Assembly: GCA_051745145.1 (NCBI GenBank)
Contig: JBNJDT010000003.1
Coordinates: 1 to 64,000, forward strand
DNA length: 64,000 nt
Reading direction: 5' to 3'
Source of the DNA: Elusimicrobiota bacterium
GTDB taxonomy: Bacteria > CG03 > SLGR01 > JAGXOG01
Part shown: positions 27,475 through 38,133 of the stretch, piece by piece
Layout of the letters: each line of letters opens with the position of its first letter
How positions within the stretch are numbered: the first letter of the stretch is position 1
Program-made: the position numbers and the translations under genes
Notes under the pieces: model-generated
What the model was told of the DNA's origin: nothing
Databases searched by the model: none
What the model saw: the letters and a program-made list of their open reading frames with translations, nothing else

Positions 27475-30162
27475 TTATTCAATAACGTCCTGGGCAGCTG
27501 ACAGACGGGCTATGGGTACTCTGTAAGGAGAACATGAGACATAATTAAGTCCTGTTCTGTGGCAGAATTTTACCGAAGAAGGTTCTCCGCCGTGCTCACC
27601 GCAGATACCTATCTTTAAGTCTTTTTTAGTGGACCGGCCTTTTTCCACAGCTATCTCCACCATTTTACCCACACCTTCCTGATCTAAGACCATAAACGGA
27701 TCGCTGGGAAGAATGCCCTTATCTACATACTCGGGAAGGAATTTTCCGGCATCGTCTCTGGACAGTCCAAAAGTCATCTGGGTCAAATCATTAGTTCCAA
27801 AAGAAAAGAATTCCGCGTTTTGGGCTATCTTATCCGCCACCAGACAGGCCCGGGGGATTTCTATCATGGTTCCCACCTTGTAGGCAACTTTCTGACCTTT
27901 TTCCCGGATAACTTTTTCGGCTTCCGTCCTTACCACTTCTTCCTGATTTTCATATTCGGTAGCCGTGGAAGTCAGGGGGATCATTATTTCCGGTTTTACA
28001 TCTACCCCCTCACCGGTCAGCTCACAGGCCGCTTCCATAATAGCCCTGGTCTGCATCCTGGAAATAGATGGAAATGTTATACCCAGGCGGCAACCCCGGT
28101 GTCCGAGCATGGGATTTAACTCATCTAAGGATTCCACTTTATCTTTTACATCTTCCTTAGAAAGCCCCAGTTTTTCGGCCAGCTTGCTTATTTCGCTGTC
28201 CGATTTGGGCAAAAATTCATGCAGAGGGGGATCCAGCAGCCTTACAGTGACCGGAAGACCTTCCATAGCTTTAAAAATGCCTATAAAGTCCTCTTTCTGC
28301 ATAGGTAAGAGTTTTTCCAGGGCTTTATCTTTTTCTTCTCCCTTATCCGAGAGTATCATCCTCTGGACCGCCGGAATTCTTTCTTCTCCGAAAAACATAT
28401 GTTCGGTCCGGCACAGGCCTATACCTTCGGCCCCGAACTCTCTTGCTTTTTTAGCGTCTTCGGGAGTATCGGCGTTGGTTCTTACTCCCATATCCCGGAA
28501 CTCGTCAGCCCATTCCATAATTTTGGCAAAATTACCTTTTAACTTCGGAGTTTTTAAATTAACCTTACCGTCTATTACCTCTCCTTTACTTCCGTCAAGG
28601 GTAATGCCGTCCCCTTCTTTGTACTTTCGATCTTTAAATTTGCAGGTCCTGCTTTTCAGATCTATAGTTAAATCTCCGCACCCGGCAACACAGGGACTGC
28701 CCATCCCCCTGGCAACTACAGCGGCATGGGAAGTCATTCCACCCTTGGCGGTTAAAATACCTTCGGAAACACTCATACCTCCGATATCTTCGGGGGAAGT
28801 TTCGTTCCGTACCAGAATAACTTTTTCGCCATCTTCGGCTTTGGCTTCTGCATCGTCGGAGTCAAAAACTATCTTTCCCACAGCGGCACCCGGAGATGCG
28901 GGTAAACCCTTACCTATGACATCCACCTGGGCTTCCGGATCAATCTGGGGATGTAAGAGTTCATCCAGTTTCTTGGGCTCTACCCTCAATACAGCTGTCT
29001 TTTTATCTATAAGCCCTTCATCAACCATATCCACGGCTATTTTTACCGCGGCCGTTCCCGTACGTTTACCGGTTCTGGTCTGCAGAAGATAAAGTTTTCC
29101 TTTTTCTATGGTAAACTCCAGATCCTGTACGTCCTTGTAGTGCGCTTCCAGTTTCTTCCTTATTTTAAGAAGTTCCTCAAAAACTTCGGGCATAGTTTCT
29201 TCAAGAGAAGCATACTCGTTTTTTCGCTCTTCTTCGCTAATATCTTTAGCTTCGGCCCATTCCCGGGAATCTTTTACCGTAAGATAATGAGGGGTCCTTA
29301 TCCCGGCTACTACATCTTCCCCCTGGGCGTTGGTAAGATATTCTCCGTAAAACTCATCTTCACCGGTGGAAGGATTCCGGGTAAAAGCTACGCCGGTGGC
29401 CGACTCATTTCCGGTATTTCCAAAAACCATGGCCTGTACATTTACGGCTGTCCCCAAAAGTCCGGTTATATCATTTAATTTTCTATATTTAATAGCCCGG
29501 GGATTATTCCAGGAACCAAAAACCGCATCAATAGATTTTTTTAACTGACCTTTGGGATCGTCGGGAAATTTTTCTCCGGTCTCTTTCTCGTAAACCTTTT
29601 TAAAGACATCCACCAGTTCTTTTAAATCATCCGCGGTAAGATCCGTATCTTTTTGAACCCCGCGGTCCTTTTTCATTTTACTTATCTCTTCTTCAAATTT
29701 TTCGCCGTCAATTCCCATTACCACATTACCGAACATCTGGATAAATCTTCTATAAGAATCCCATCCGAACCGGGGATTATCACTCATATTTATAAGTCCC
29801 TGAACCGAATCGGGATTAAGCCCTAAATTTAAAACCGTATCCATCATCCCGGGCATAGACTGAGCCGCTCCGCTTCTTACGGATACAAGGAGGGGGTCGT
29901 CTGTATCTCCTAATTTTTTACCCATCTTCTCTTCCAAACGGGCTAAGTTTTCATCTATTTTTTCATCAAGTCCTTCAGGATATCTGTCTTCTTCGGAATA
30001 CATTTTGCAAACTTTGGTAGTTATAGTAAACCCCGGAGGCACGGGCAGTCCGATACTGGACATCTCAGCAAGATTCGCTCCCTTTCCGCCTAAAATCTCT
30101 TTTAAATCCTGCGAGCCTTCCGATTCACCTTTTCCAAAAAAATAGATATGTTTTTCAGACAT
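27475..30162 (-). CDS. ppdK: Pyruvate, phosphate dikinase
   Basis: GGKGANLAEM, SVRSGA, GGMTSHAAVVARG, GLCRTEHMF, NDLTQ, CGEHGG. Start at MSEK after AAGGAG. Confidence 0.97.
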   Translation of the reverse strand: MSEKHIYFFGKGESEGSQDLKEILGGKGANLAEMSSIGLPVPPGFTITTKVCKMYSEEDRYPEGLDEKIDENLARLEEKMGKKLGDTDDPLLVSVRSGAAQSMPGMMDTVLNLGLNPDSVQGLINMSDNPRFGWDSYRRFIQMFGNVVMGIDGEKFEEEISKMKKDRGVQKDTDLTADDLKELVDVFKKVYEKETGEKFPDDPKGQLKKSIDAVFGSWNNPRAIKYRKLNDITGLLGTAVNVQAMVFGNTGNESATGVAFTRNPSTGEDEFYGEYLTNAQGEDVVAGIRTPHYLTVKDSREWAEAKDISEEERKNEYASLEETMPEVFEELLKIRKKLEAHYKDVQDLEFTIEKGKLYLLQTRTGKRTGTAAVKIAVDMVDEGLIDKKTAVLRVEPKKLDELLHPQIDPEAQVDVIGKGLPASPGAAVGKIVFDSDDAEAKAEDGEKVILVRNETSPEDIGGMSVSEGILTAKGGMTSHAAVVARGMGSPCVAGCGDLTIDLKSRTCKFKDRKYKEGDGITLDGSKGEVIDGKVNLKTPKLKGNFAKIMEWADEFRDMGVRTNADTPEDAKKAREFGAEGIGLCRTEHMFFGEERIPAVQRMILSDKGEEKDKALEKLLPMQKEDFIGIFKAMEGLPVTVRLLDPPLHEFLPKSDSEISKLAEKLGLSKEDVKDKVESLDELNPMLGHRGCRLGITFPSISRMQTRAIMEAACELTGEGVDVKPEIMIPLTSTATEYENQEEVVRTEAEKVIREKGQKVAYKVGTMIEIPRACLVADKIAQNAEFFSFGTNDLTQMTFGLSRDDAGKFLPEYVDKGILPSDPFMVLDQEGVGKMVEIAVEKGRSTKKDLKIGICGEHGGEPSSVKFCHRTGLNYVSCSPYRVPIARLSAAQDVIE

Positions 30163-30246
30163 TAAATTCTCCTTAATATTTTCATTCCTCTTGTTCAACC
30201 TGCCCTCCCCTATTTTTAATTTATTTATTCTTTTAAGTATGTCAAA

Positions 30247-30504
30247 TTATTCTAAAATGCTGTTAAATTCTGATTTTTTAACTCCGTTAATCTGAACTAC
30301 TTTCCGGGAGTTTTTTTTGCCTTTTTTTATCCTAATAGACTTTTTAGAAATATCCAGCAGCTGGGCTAAATATTCAATCAATTGCCGGTTGGCTTTTCCG
30401 CCGGAGGGGGGAGCCGTTAAATTTATTTTAATTTCTCCGTTATCCATCCGGGTAATAGCCTGACGCGAAGACGAGGGCTGTACCTTTGTATGAACTAACA
30501 GCAT
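30247..30504 (-). CDS. DUF167/YggU family protein
   Basis: V.P.S, APP..GKAN..L...LA, G...R.K. Confidence 0.85.
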   Translation of the reverse strand: MLLVHTKVQPSSSRQAITRMDNGEIKINLTAPPSGGKANRQLIEYLAQLLDISKKSIRIKKGKKNSRKVVQINGVKKSEFNSILE

Positions 30505-32601
30505 CTACTCCACTTCCAGCTTTGTAATATCTCCCACCGGAGCAAAAATTTCTTTAATATTTTTTAGCATGGCCAGCCTGTTCTTACACCTTTTAATATC
30601 ATCGGACATAACCATAACTTCTTCAAAATACTTATCGATATCCTTCCTCAGAGATATAAGCAGCTCTAAAACTCCCCTGTAGTTTCTATTATCTATACTC
30701 TTCTCAATGTCTCTTGTAATTCTGGAATATTTTTTGTCCAGTTTTTTTTCAGTCTGTTCGATCAGTCTCCGGCGATCATATTTATCTGGAATACCAATAT
30801 TCTTTTTCCGGGCCTGCTTTAGTATATTGTTAATCCGTTTAAAAGCTGTAATTAAAGAATCAAAATCTTTTTCGGTTTTTATATAGTCTACAGCCCGGGC
30901 CATCTTTTCTAACTGTACCGGGTTGTTTTCGTTAGATTCCATAACGCAGCGCACTATATCGTACTTAAAATTTTCTTTTAAATGCTGGCGAATCTGTAAA
31001 GTTAAAAAATCTTCTAAATTTTTCTTGCCGGAGTTGCCAAACTCAATATTCTGTTCTGCATATAAATCCAGACTTTTTTCTATTGTATCTTTAAAATTAA
31101 TATCCCACTTTTTCCGGGATAATATTTTTAAAAGACCTTTTCCGATACGCCGCAGCCCGAATGGGTCCTCGGAACCGGTGGCTTTCAACCCTTTGCCCAA
31201 ATTACCGCATAAAGTATCTATTCTGTCGGCTACCCCCACTACCGCGGCAACATCCGTTCCGGGGATATCGTCTTCTCCTGTACGGGGCATATAGTGCTGA
31301 TAAATCCCCTGGGCCACTTTTTTGGATTCTCCGTCTAATTCAGCATAAATTCTACCAATTATACCCTCCAGTTCAGGGAACTCTTCTACCGTTAATGTAG
31401 TAAGATCGGCCTTGCCCAGCAGAGAAATTTTCTTAACCTGTTTTTTAAATTTTTTTCCTTTATTTAAAGCGTCGGCTATATATTCAGATAAGTTTTTTAC
31501 TCTATTAACTTTGTGATACAGCGTCCCCAGATCCCTGGTAAAATCCACCCCTTTCAGTTTTTCAACGTGCTCCTTAAGAGACAGCCGGCGATCTTTATTA
31601 AAAAAGAATTCCGCATCCTTTAACCGGGCGATAAGTACTTTCTCATATCCCCTGCGGATCGGTTCTAAATATTCAGAGATGCCATCCCTAACCCCTACAA
31701 AATAGTTCATCAGCTTCCCCTGTTTATTCTCAACCGGAAAAAATTTTTGATGGTACACAAGACAGGCCTCTATTATTTCTCTGGGCATATCCAAATACTT
31801 TTTTGGGAATTTCCCTTTAACTCCGGTTGGATATTCCACGGAATTATTTATTTCATCCAAAAGTTCTTCCCTCTCGACAGGATAGCCGGTAGTATATTTT
31901 AAAGGCCTGTTAATAGCCTGAAGCAGAGTTTCCCGGCGTTCGTTAGGGTCCACAATAACATAATTTCTTCTCAATTTTTTTCTATAATTTTCTATATCTT
32001 CAATAACAATTTTGCGGTCGGAAAACAAATAATGCCCCCGGGAACTGCGACCTGCTTTTAAATTACCTATTTTAAACCGTACTGCCTTACTTCCCAGCTT
32101 AACTATTATCCATCTTACCGGCCGGGGAAATTTAAAGTCCGATCCCGGCCATCTCATGTTCGCCGGAAATTCAAGACTTTTTAAAAATTTTTCTGTCAAT
32201 TCCGGCAGAAGTTTTCTCACGGCCTTTCCCGGATATTTTTTCACGCAGAAAAGGTATTTTCCCCGGGCTGTATCCTCAGAAATTAAATCATCAAAATCCA
32301 CATCCATATTTTGGGCAAACCCCAGTGCCGCCCGGGTCGGTTCCCCGTCTTTTATACCTATATCATACGGAGGCCCCTTAATTTTCTCCACCTTAGAATT
32401 TTGATGGGAGGTAATTTGATTTACCTTTACAGCTAATCGTCTCACCGAAGAATAAACTTCTATACTGCTGTATTCCTCAATTCTGTACTCTTTGAAAATA
32501 TTTTTAAGTTTCTCTTCGGCGATTTTCTGGAATAATTTTACTACCCCCGGAGGTAAAGTTTCACAACCTATTTCTATTAAAAAATTATATTTTTTACTCA
32601 T
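30505..32601 (-). CDS. glyS: Glycine--tRNA ligase beta subunit
   Basis: EIGCE.LP, RRL, M.W...F.RP..W, ARL.DA.FF, EFPELEG, GS.DPFGLRR, NRL. Confidence 0.95.
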   Translation of the reverse strand: MSKKYNFLIEIGCETLPPGVVKLFQKIAEEKLKNIFKEYRIEEYSSIEVYSSVRRLAVKVNQITSHQNSKVEKIKGPPYDIGIKDGEPTRAALGFAQNMDVDFDDLISEDTARGKYLFCVKKYPGKAVRKLLPELTEKFLKSLEFPANMRWPGSDFKFPRPVRWIIVKLGSKAVRFKIGNLKAGRSSRGHYLFSDRKIVIEDIENYRKKLRRNYVIVDPNERRETLLQAINRPLKYTTGYPVEREELLDEINNSVEYPTGVKGKFPKKYLDMPREIIEACLVYHQKFFPVENKQGKLMNYFVGVRDGISEYLEPIRRGYEKVLIARLKDAEFFFNKDRRLSLKEHVEKLKGVDFTRDLGTLYHKVNRVKNLSEYIADALNKGKKFKKQVKKISLLGKADLTTLTVEEFPELEGIIGRIYAELDGESKKVAQGIYQHYMPRTGEDDIPGTDVAAVVGVADRIDTLCGNLGKGLKATGSEDPFGLRRIGKGLLKILSRKKWDINFKDTIEKSLDLYAEQNIEFGNSGKKNLEDFLTLQIRQHLKENFKYDIVRCVMESNENNPVQLEKMARAVDYIKTEKDFDSLITAFKRINNILKQARKKNIGIPDKYDRRRLIEQTEKKLDKKYSRITRDIEKSIDNRNYRGVLELLISLRKDIDKYFEEVMVMSDDIKRCKNRLAMLKNIKEIFAPVGDITKLEVE

Positions 32602-33439
32602 CGCTATCTTTCATAAATTCTTTTGCAACTGATTTGGCCATTTTCCTGACTCTTTCTATATACCTGTTTCTCTGGGATACGCTCAACACCCCCCGGGCAT
32701 CAAGCAGATTAAAACTGTGGGAGGCCTTCAATACAAAATCATAGGCCGGACGGGGAAGTCCTTTTTTTACCATATCCCGGCATCTTTGTTCGTAACTTTT
32801 AAAAAAATTCTTTTGTATTTCGGGGTCCACTTCTTCAAAATTATATCTGGAAAACTCTACTTCATCCCGGTGGTGGATATCTCCGTACGTATAATCTTCA
32901 TTCCACTGAATATCATAGACACTGTCCACATCCTGGAGGAACATGGCTATTCTCTCCAGACCGTAAGTCAATTCCACGGGAATTTGTTTTAGATCAATTC
33001 CGCCCACCTGCTGAAAATAGGTAAACTGGGTTATCTCCAGACCGTCCAGCCAGACTTCCCAGCCCAGCCCCCACGCCCCCAGGGTCGGGGATTTCCAGTC
33101 GTCTTTAATAAGACGGTAGTCGTGTTCTTTTAATTTTATATTTAAATGCTTTAAACTTCCCCGGTATAATTCCTGCACATTATCGGGAGAGGGTTTTAAA
33201 ATAACCTGGTACTGGTAATAATGCTGAAGCCGGTTGGGATTGTCTCCGTACCTCCCGTCAGTGGGCCTGCGCACAGGCTCGACGTAAGCTACGGATACGG
33301 GTCGGTCCATGAGAGAATATAAAAACGTGGCCGGGTTAAACGTTCCCGCTCCAACTTCTATATCATATGGCTGGGTAAGAATACAGCCATTATCCGCCCA
33401 GTAGTCTTCCAGTCTTTTAATTAATGTTTGAAAATACAT
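32594..33439 (-). CDS. glyQ: Glycine--tRNA ligase alpha subunit
   Basis: [44 protein letters not shown]. Confidence 0.97.
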   Translation of the reverse strand: MYFQTLIKRLEDYWADNGCILTQPYDIEVGAGTFNPATFLYSLMDRPVSVAYVEPVRRPTDGRYGDNPNRLQHYYQYQVILKPSPDNVQELYRGSLKHLNIKLKEHDYRLIKDDWKSPTLGAWGLGWEVWLDGLEITQFTYFQQVGGIDLKQIPVELTYGLERIAMFLQDVDSVYDIQWNEDYTYGDIHHRDEVEFSRYNFEEVDPEIQKNFFKSYEQRCRDMVKKGLPRPAYDFVLKASHSFNLLDARGVLSVSQRNRYIERVRKMAKSVAKEFMKDSDE

Positions 33440-33444
33440 TCTTT

Positions 33445-34197
33445 TTATTTCTTCTCGCTCAACTCCTCTTTATTTCTAAAAAATTCAATAAATTTAACGG
33501 AATTTAATTCCTTTCCGAATTGGTATTTTACAAATTTATGTATGATATTTCCAATTTCTCTTTCTATTCGGGGGGGGATTTCTCTATCCGGACTCAACCT
33601 TTTTATTACCTTAAGAGTTTTATATTTTACCGGGATAAAAGGCTTTTTCCGGGAAAAACAATCCCGGCAGCTAATTCCTCCCTCGGAAGGGATAAATGCC
33701 ATTCCCCCGCCGGTCGGGGCTCCGCAGAAAACACAGCTGAACATATTCAACCGGTAGCCGGAGTATTTAAGCAGTTTAAATAAAAACAGCCAGGCCGACG
33801 GAGCTGCTTTTTTCTCCCGGACATACTTAATATATTTTTTAAGTAAATGATAAATTTTTCTGTCAGGGTCCTCTTCGGCAGTCAGCAGATTCACCCCTTC
33901 CACCATAACTGCTCCGAAACCGTAGCGTTTCATATCTTCCCTTATTTTTTTATTAGATTCTATGGGATAACAACCCGTTATGGTAAAAAGTTCCGACCCG
34001 GGTTTTCTGTAAAGCAGAAATTCGTTTTCCGAAAAAGGCTCCAGCTTTGAACCAAAGCGCGACTTTGTCTTTCTGGATCCCTTGGCCACTGCTTTTACTT
34101 TTCCGGAATTTTTTGTAAATATTACCATAATACGGTGGCCCTCTCCATAGTCATAACTTCTAAGTACTATGCCTGTATCCCGGCAGTTATAATACAT
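33445..34197 (-). CDS. recO: DNA repair protein RecO
   Basis: GIVLR..DYGE, GK...AKG, Zn finger CVFC...CRDC; precedes glyQ. Confidence 0.92.
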   Translation of the reverse strand: MYYNCRDTGIVLRSYDYGEGHRIMVIFTKNSGKVKAVAKGSRKTKSRFGSKLEPFSENEFLLYRKPGSELFTITGCYPIESNKKIREDMKRYGFGAVMVEGVNLLTAEEDPDRKIYHLLKKYIKYVREKKAAPSAWLFLFKLLKYSGYRLNMFSCVFCGAPTGGGMAFIPSEGGISCRDCFSRKKPFIPVKYKTLKVIKRLSPDREIPPRIEREIGNIIHKFVKYQFGKELNSVKFIEFFRNKEELSEKK

Positions 34198-34203
34198 ATA
34201 ATA

Positions 34204-35553
34204 TTAGAGAACAATCCACAGAGCCAGCAGAAAGTAAATACCCAGTCCCAGAACATCTATTGCAGTAGTGATAAGCGGGCCGGTGGCTACAGCCGGATCC
34301 ATATTTTTTTTATAAAAGATAACCGGCAGGAAAGCTCCCATACAGGTAGAAAGCGCTAAAGCAGCGGCAATTCCCAGACCGCTGGCCAGCCCTATATCCA
34401 AAGTATACTGCCAGGAAGCGTACAGCCATAAAAGTAACCCGAATCCCACGCTCATAATGATGCCCGACCTGAGTTCTCCGGCCACCGAATTACGCCAGCT
34501 CTTTTTATTCTTTTCAAGAGCAAGTCTTCTTACCACCACTGTAGAAGATTGAACGCCGACATTCCCTCCCATATCCATTATAATGGGAATAAAGACCGCA
34601 AGAGCGGCAACTTTTTCCAGAGTCCCTTCAAAAATACCTATTATAATAGCCGCGGTCACTCCCCCGGCAAAAGAAGTCATCAGCCAGGGTCCCCGGGTAC
34701 GGACAGCTTTACCTATATTACCCGGCTGATAATCTATCTCATCCATCCCCGCGTGCAGGGCCATATCCTCGCTGGCCTCCTGCTGAATTACATCTACTAT
34801 ATCATCTATGGTAATTACCCCCACAAGTTTATTGTTCTCATCGGCTACCGGTACCGAGAGTAGATCGTAATGGGCAAAAAGATGGGCTACCTGCTCCTGG
34901 TCGTCATGAACGTTAACTTTTATCCGGTCCACGGGCCGGGCAAGTTCTTTAAGTTTCACATCCGGTCGGGAAGTTATAAGTCTTTGAAGGGATATGCCTG
35001 CTTCCAGCCGGCCGGTTTCATCTACGGTGTAGACTGCGTATATATTACTATTGCGGGCTTTCTTATTTTTGGATTTTTTCTGGAGGGTTATAAGAGCCCG
35101 CCGGGCGGTAATTTCACCATTTAAAGCAATGAATTCCGTGGTCATCCGCCCCCCGGCGGTTTCCTCACCGTATTCTAAGAGCTCTTTTACATCGTCGGCT
35201 TCTTCTTTTCTTAAAAATCCCAGCAGTTCCCTGGCCCGGCTCCGGGAAATGCCGGCAAATAAATCAGCCCGGTTATCCGGCTCCATCTCATTTAATACTT
35301 CTCCGATTACCTCTTTTTCCAGACTGTTTACAAGCTCTTTTTGAATATCCCGACTCAGATCCTCTAAAACTTTAACTTTATTTTCAAAGGAGAGTAATTT
35401 AAAGGTCCGTACCCGTTCTTTTTCCTCCAGGAATTCAAATATAGCGGCAATATCCACATGCTTAATACGGGTAAGAATTTCTTTGACTTTACGGTTATTT
35501 TCAGAACGTATGGCCGTTTTTAATTTCTCTACGATTTCTGCTTTAATATTCAT
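34204..35553 (-). CDS. mgtE: Magnesium transporter MgtE (copy 2)
   Basis: N domain, CBS pair (TAGGRMT, GVITIDD), R.PWL, GGNVGVQS, DPAVATGP..T...D. Confidence 0.93.
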   Translation of the reverse strand: MNIKAEIVEKLKTAIRSENNRKVKEILTRIKHVDIAAIFEFLEEKERVRTFKLLSFENKVKVLEDLSRDIQKELVNSLEKEVIGEVLNEMEPDNRADLFAGISRSRARELLGFLRKEEADDVKELLEYGEETAGGRMTTEFIALNGEITARRALITLQKKSKNKKARNSNIYAVYTVDETGRLEAGISLQRLITSRPDVKLKELARPVDRIKVNVHDDQEQVAHLFAHYDLLSVPVADENNKLVGVITIDDIVDVIQQEASEDMALHAGMDEIDYQPGNIGKAVRTRGPWLMTSFAGGVTAAIIIGIFEGTLEKVAALAVFIPIIMDMGGNVGVQSSTVVVRRLALEKNKKSWRNSVAGELRSGIIMSVGFGLLLWLYASWQYTLDIGLASGLGIAAALALSTCMGAFLPVIFYKKNMDPAVATGPLITTAIDVLGLGIYFLLALWIVL

Positions 35554-36911
35554 AGTAAAACCGCACTGGCAATTGCAAAATATATTCCCAGACCGGCTAT
35601 ATCTATTACAGGGGTAATTACCGGCCCTGTAGCTACAGCCGGATCAATGCCGAACTTTTTAAAGACAAAGGGCAGACATACTCCGATTGTAGCTCCCAGT
35701 ACCATTACCAGCCCTATACTGCTTCCGGTTACTATTCCAATTTTAGAGGCACTTTCTAAAGCTCCATACCTCAACCAGGACAAAAGGCCAAGCAAAACCG
35801 CATACCCGGCACTTAAAATAAGACCTATTCCAAACTCTTTTAAAAGAATTTTTCCAATCCGGCCGGAGTTAATTTTACCCAGGGCAAACCCCCTTACCAT
35901 AACCGTTGAGGACTGTACTCCCACAGTTCCCCCCATATGCATAATAACGGGTATAAAAGCAGCCAGGGCAACCACACTTTCCAGAGTGGCCTCGTACCTT
36001 CCTATAACTCCCGACGCCGCCAGACCGCCAAGATACGCTAAAAACAACCAGGGGAGGCGGGTTTTAAGGGTACCTGCAAGACTGGACTTTTTAAAGTCGT
36101 CCGGGTCCACTCCCGACATCATGGCTATATCTTCTTCGGTTTCCTGATGAATTACATCCACTATATCATCTATAGTTATAACCCCCAGCAGCTTGCCTCT
36201 CTTACTGACTACCGGCACGGAGAGAAGATCGTAATGGGTAAACAGCCGGGCCACTTCTTCCTGGTCCTGGTCAGCGTAAACCTGTATACTATCCACCGGC
36301 TTTGCCAGCTGCTCTATAGACTTATCCGGATCTGCAGTAACAAGTCGCTGAAGGGAAAGGCCGCCGGTTAAATTATCCTTACCGTCTACCACATAAAGGG
36401 CGTAGATATTTCTGACTTTTTTGCTGGACAGATTGCTGTTTAATTTTAGAAGGGCGTCCCGGGCGGACATTTTTGGATTTAATTTTACAAATTCCGTGGT
36501 CATCTTTCCCCCGGCCGTCTCCACCCCGTAAGCCATCAGTTCTTTTACATTTTTAACCTCACTTTCCTCCATGAGATCAAAAAATTTCTTAGATCGGCGG
36601 GAGGATAACTTATCAAAAAAGTCCACTCTTTCATCGGAAGCCATCCGGTTTAAAACGGGAATGATCTGTCCGGTTTTAAATTTTTTTACCAGGAATTTCT
36701 GCTGTTTAAAATTTAATCTCTCAAAGAGTTCAACCTTCTTTGAAAACTCAATATTATCAAAAACAACCTGTTTTTCTGTATTAGAAAGACTTTCCCAGCC
36801 CCGGGCAATATCTACTACCGGCTGTACTTTAAGAATCCTTTTTAAATCCTCAAAATTTTTGTTTTTTATGGCTTGCCTTATTTCCGGAATGTAGAGTGCT
36901 AATTTTTCCAT
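35550..36911 (-). CDS. mgtE: Magnesium transporter MgtE (copy 1)
   Basis: Same architecture as copy 2; RLPWL, GGTVGVQS, DPAVATGPVIT...D. Confidence 0.92.
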   Translation of the reverse strand: MEKLALYIPEIRQAIKNKNFEDLKRILKVQPVVDIARGWESLSNTEKQVVFDNIEFSKKVELFERLNFKQQKFLVKKFKTGQIIPVLNRMASDERVDFFDKLSSRRSKKFFDLMEESEVKNVKELMAYGVETAGGKMTTEFVKLNPKMSARDALLKLNSNLSSKKVRNIYALYVVDGKDNLTGGLSLQRLVTADPDKSIEQLAKPVDSIQVYADQDQEEVARLFTHYDLLSVPVVSKRGKLLGVITIDDIVDVIHQETEEDIAMMSGVDPDDFKKSSLAGTLKTRLPWLFLAYLGGLAASGVIGRYEATLESVVALAAFIPVIMHMGGTVGVQSSTVMVRGFALGKINSGRIGKILLKEFGIGLILSAGYAVLLGLLSWLRYGALESASKIGIVTGSSIGLVMVLGATIGVCLPFVFKKFGIDPAVATGPVITPVIDIAGLGIYFAIASAVLL

Positions 36912-36969
36912 CCTGTATATATATAGTCCTTTAATACTTTAGTTTAAATACATCTAAAATCGTTTGAAA

Positions 36970-36998
36970 GTTTAACATTTTAAAACTTAAAAAGCAAG
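36970..36998 (-). promoter_or_regulatory. Sigma70-type promoter of mgtE-mgtE-recO-glyQS
   Basis: TTGCTT-N17-TAAACT with extended -10 TG. Confidence 0.5.
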
Positions 36999-37076
36999 AT
37001 AAAATTTATAGCTGAAATACCGGAATCCGGGGGAGATAAAACCAGCTTTTTTAAGAGAATAAATAAAAATTTGAAT

Positions 37077-38126
37077 TTAGATAATTTTTCGGAATCCCCT
37101 GGTTCTTTTTACCGATTTACCGGCCTGCCGGGCAATATTTTTCACGCAGGAGGCACACTTTTCTGGTTTTTCAAACAGGCAGATTTTATTATCGTACAGT
37201 TTATAATTTTTTCTGTATTTTCCGGGCGTGCAGTTGGGCATTATTACATTCGCCCCCGACCCCAGGGCCTTCTCTCTGCCTGAAGGATCCAGCGTCCCCA
37301 TGGCCGTTGTCGCCGGGATATTGGGATTCTTCATAAGTAATCTTATCATGGCCAGGACTTTAAGGGTAAGAAAAAAATCTTTTCCCGGACGGTTTTTAAA
37401 AATAGTATCCCGGTGAGGTAAAAAAGGGCCGATCCCCACCATATCCGCATCCAGCCGGTTAAAGTAAAAGATATCCTCCACCAGGGATTCCCTGCTCTGC
37501 CCGGGCAGACCTACCATATTCCCGGTTCCCGTTTCATATCCCAGTTTTTTTAAATCATCCAGACACTTTTTCCGGTTATCCAGAGACGAATCGGGATGAA
37601 GCCGGTTATACAGACCGGGGTCCGTAGTCTCTATACGCAGAAGATACCTGTCGGCCCCGGCATCCTTAAATTTTTGGTAACTTTCAAAAGATTTTTCCCC
37701 CGCCGAAAGAGTCAAAGCTACATCATAGCGGTTTTTTATCTCTTTAATGATATCAACCATAACCTCATCACTGTAATAAGAGTCCTCTCCCGACTGAAGA
37801 ATAACAGTTTTAATCTCATTTTCCACAATATACCCGGCCGATTTTAATATTTCTTCCGGGCTCATCCGGTACCTTGTTATGTTCTTATTATCCCGGCGTA
37901 TTCCGCAGTACCTGCAGTTTTTCTTACAGTAATTGGAAAACTCTATTATTCCCCTCAGGTATACGTCATCCCCGTAAACTGACCTGCAAATTTTATCCGC
38001 ACAGTTAAAAACAGGCTGAAATTCTTCCCTGTTTTGGATATTAATTAAATAGATAAAATCCTGTTTGGAATAATTTCCGTCTTCAATTTTTTTTAATATT
38101 TTTTGGACCTGTCCTGTTTTAGACAT
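37077..38126 (-). CDS. hydE: [FeFe]-hydrogenase maturase radical SAM HydE
   Basis: CKKNCRYC, LQSGE, RYLLRIET, PATTA, GANVIMPN, C-terminal Cx7Cx2C. Confidence 0.95.
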   Translation of the reverse strand: MSKTGQVQKILKKIEDGNYSKQDFIYLINIQNREEFQPVFNCADKICRSVYGDDVYLRGIIEFSNYCKKNCRYCGIRRDNKNITRYRMSPEEILKSAGYIVENEIKTVILQSGEDSYYSDEVMVDIIKEIKNRYDVALTLSAGEKSFESYQKFKDAGADRYLLRIETTDPGLYNRLHPDSSLDNRKKCLDDLKKLGYETGTGNMVGLPGQSRESLVEDIFYFNRLDADMVGIGPFLPHRDTIFKNRPGKDFFLTLKVLAMIRLLMKNPNIPATTAMGTLDPSGREKALGSGANVIMPNCTPGKYRKNYKLYDNKICLFEKPEKCASCVKNIARQAGKSVKRTRGFRKII

Positions 38127-38133
38127 ACTTAAA

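Noticed and set aside
6258..30204. Identical 12-mer GTTCAACCTGCC in the ECF promoter spacer (6258-6269) and the ppdK leader (30193-30204)
   Set aside because: Only two copies, non-palindromic and in different positions relative to the promoters; compatible with chance.
36912..37076. M-box (ykoK) Mg2+ riboswitch upstream of mgtE
   Set aside because: The predicted leader is only about 50 nt, AT-rich and without the required structure.
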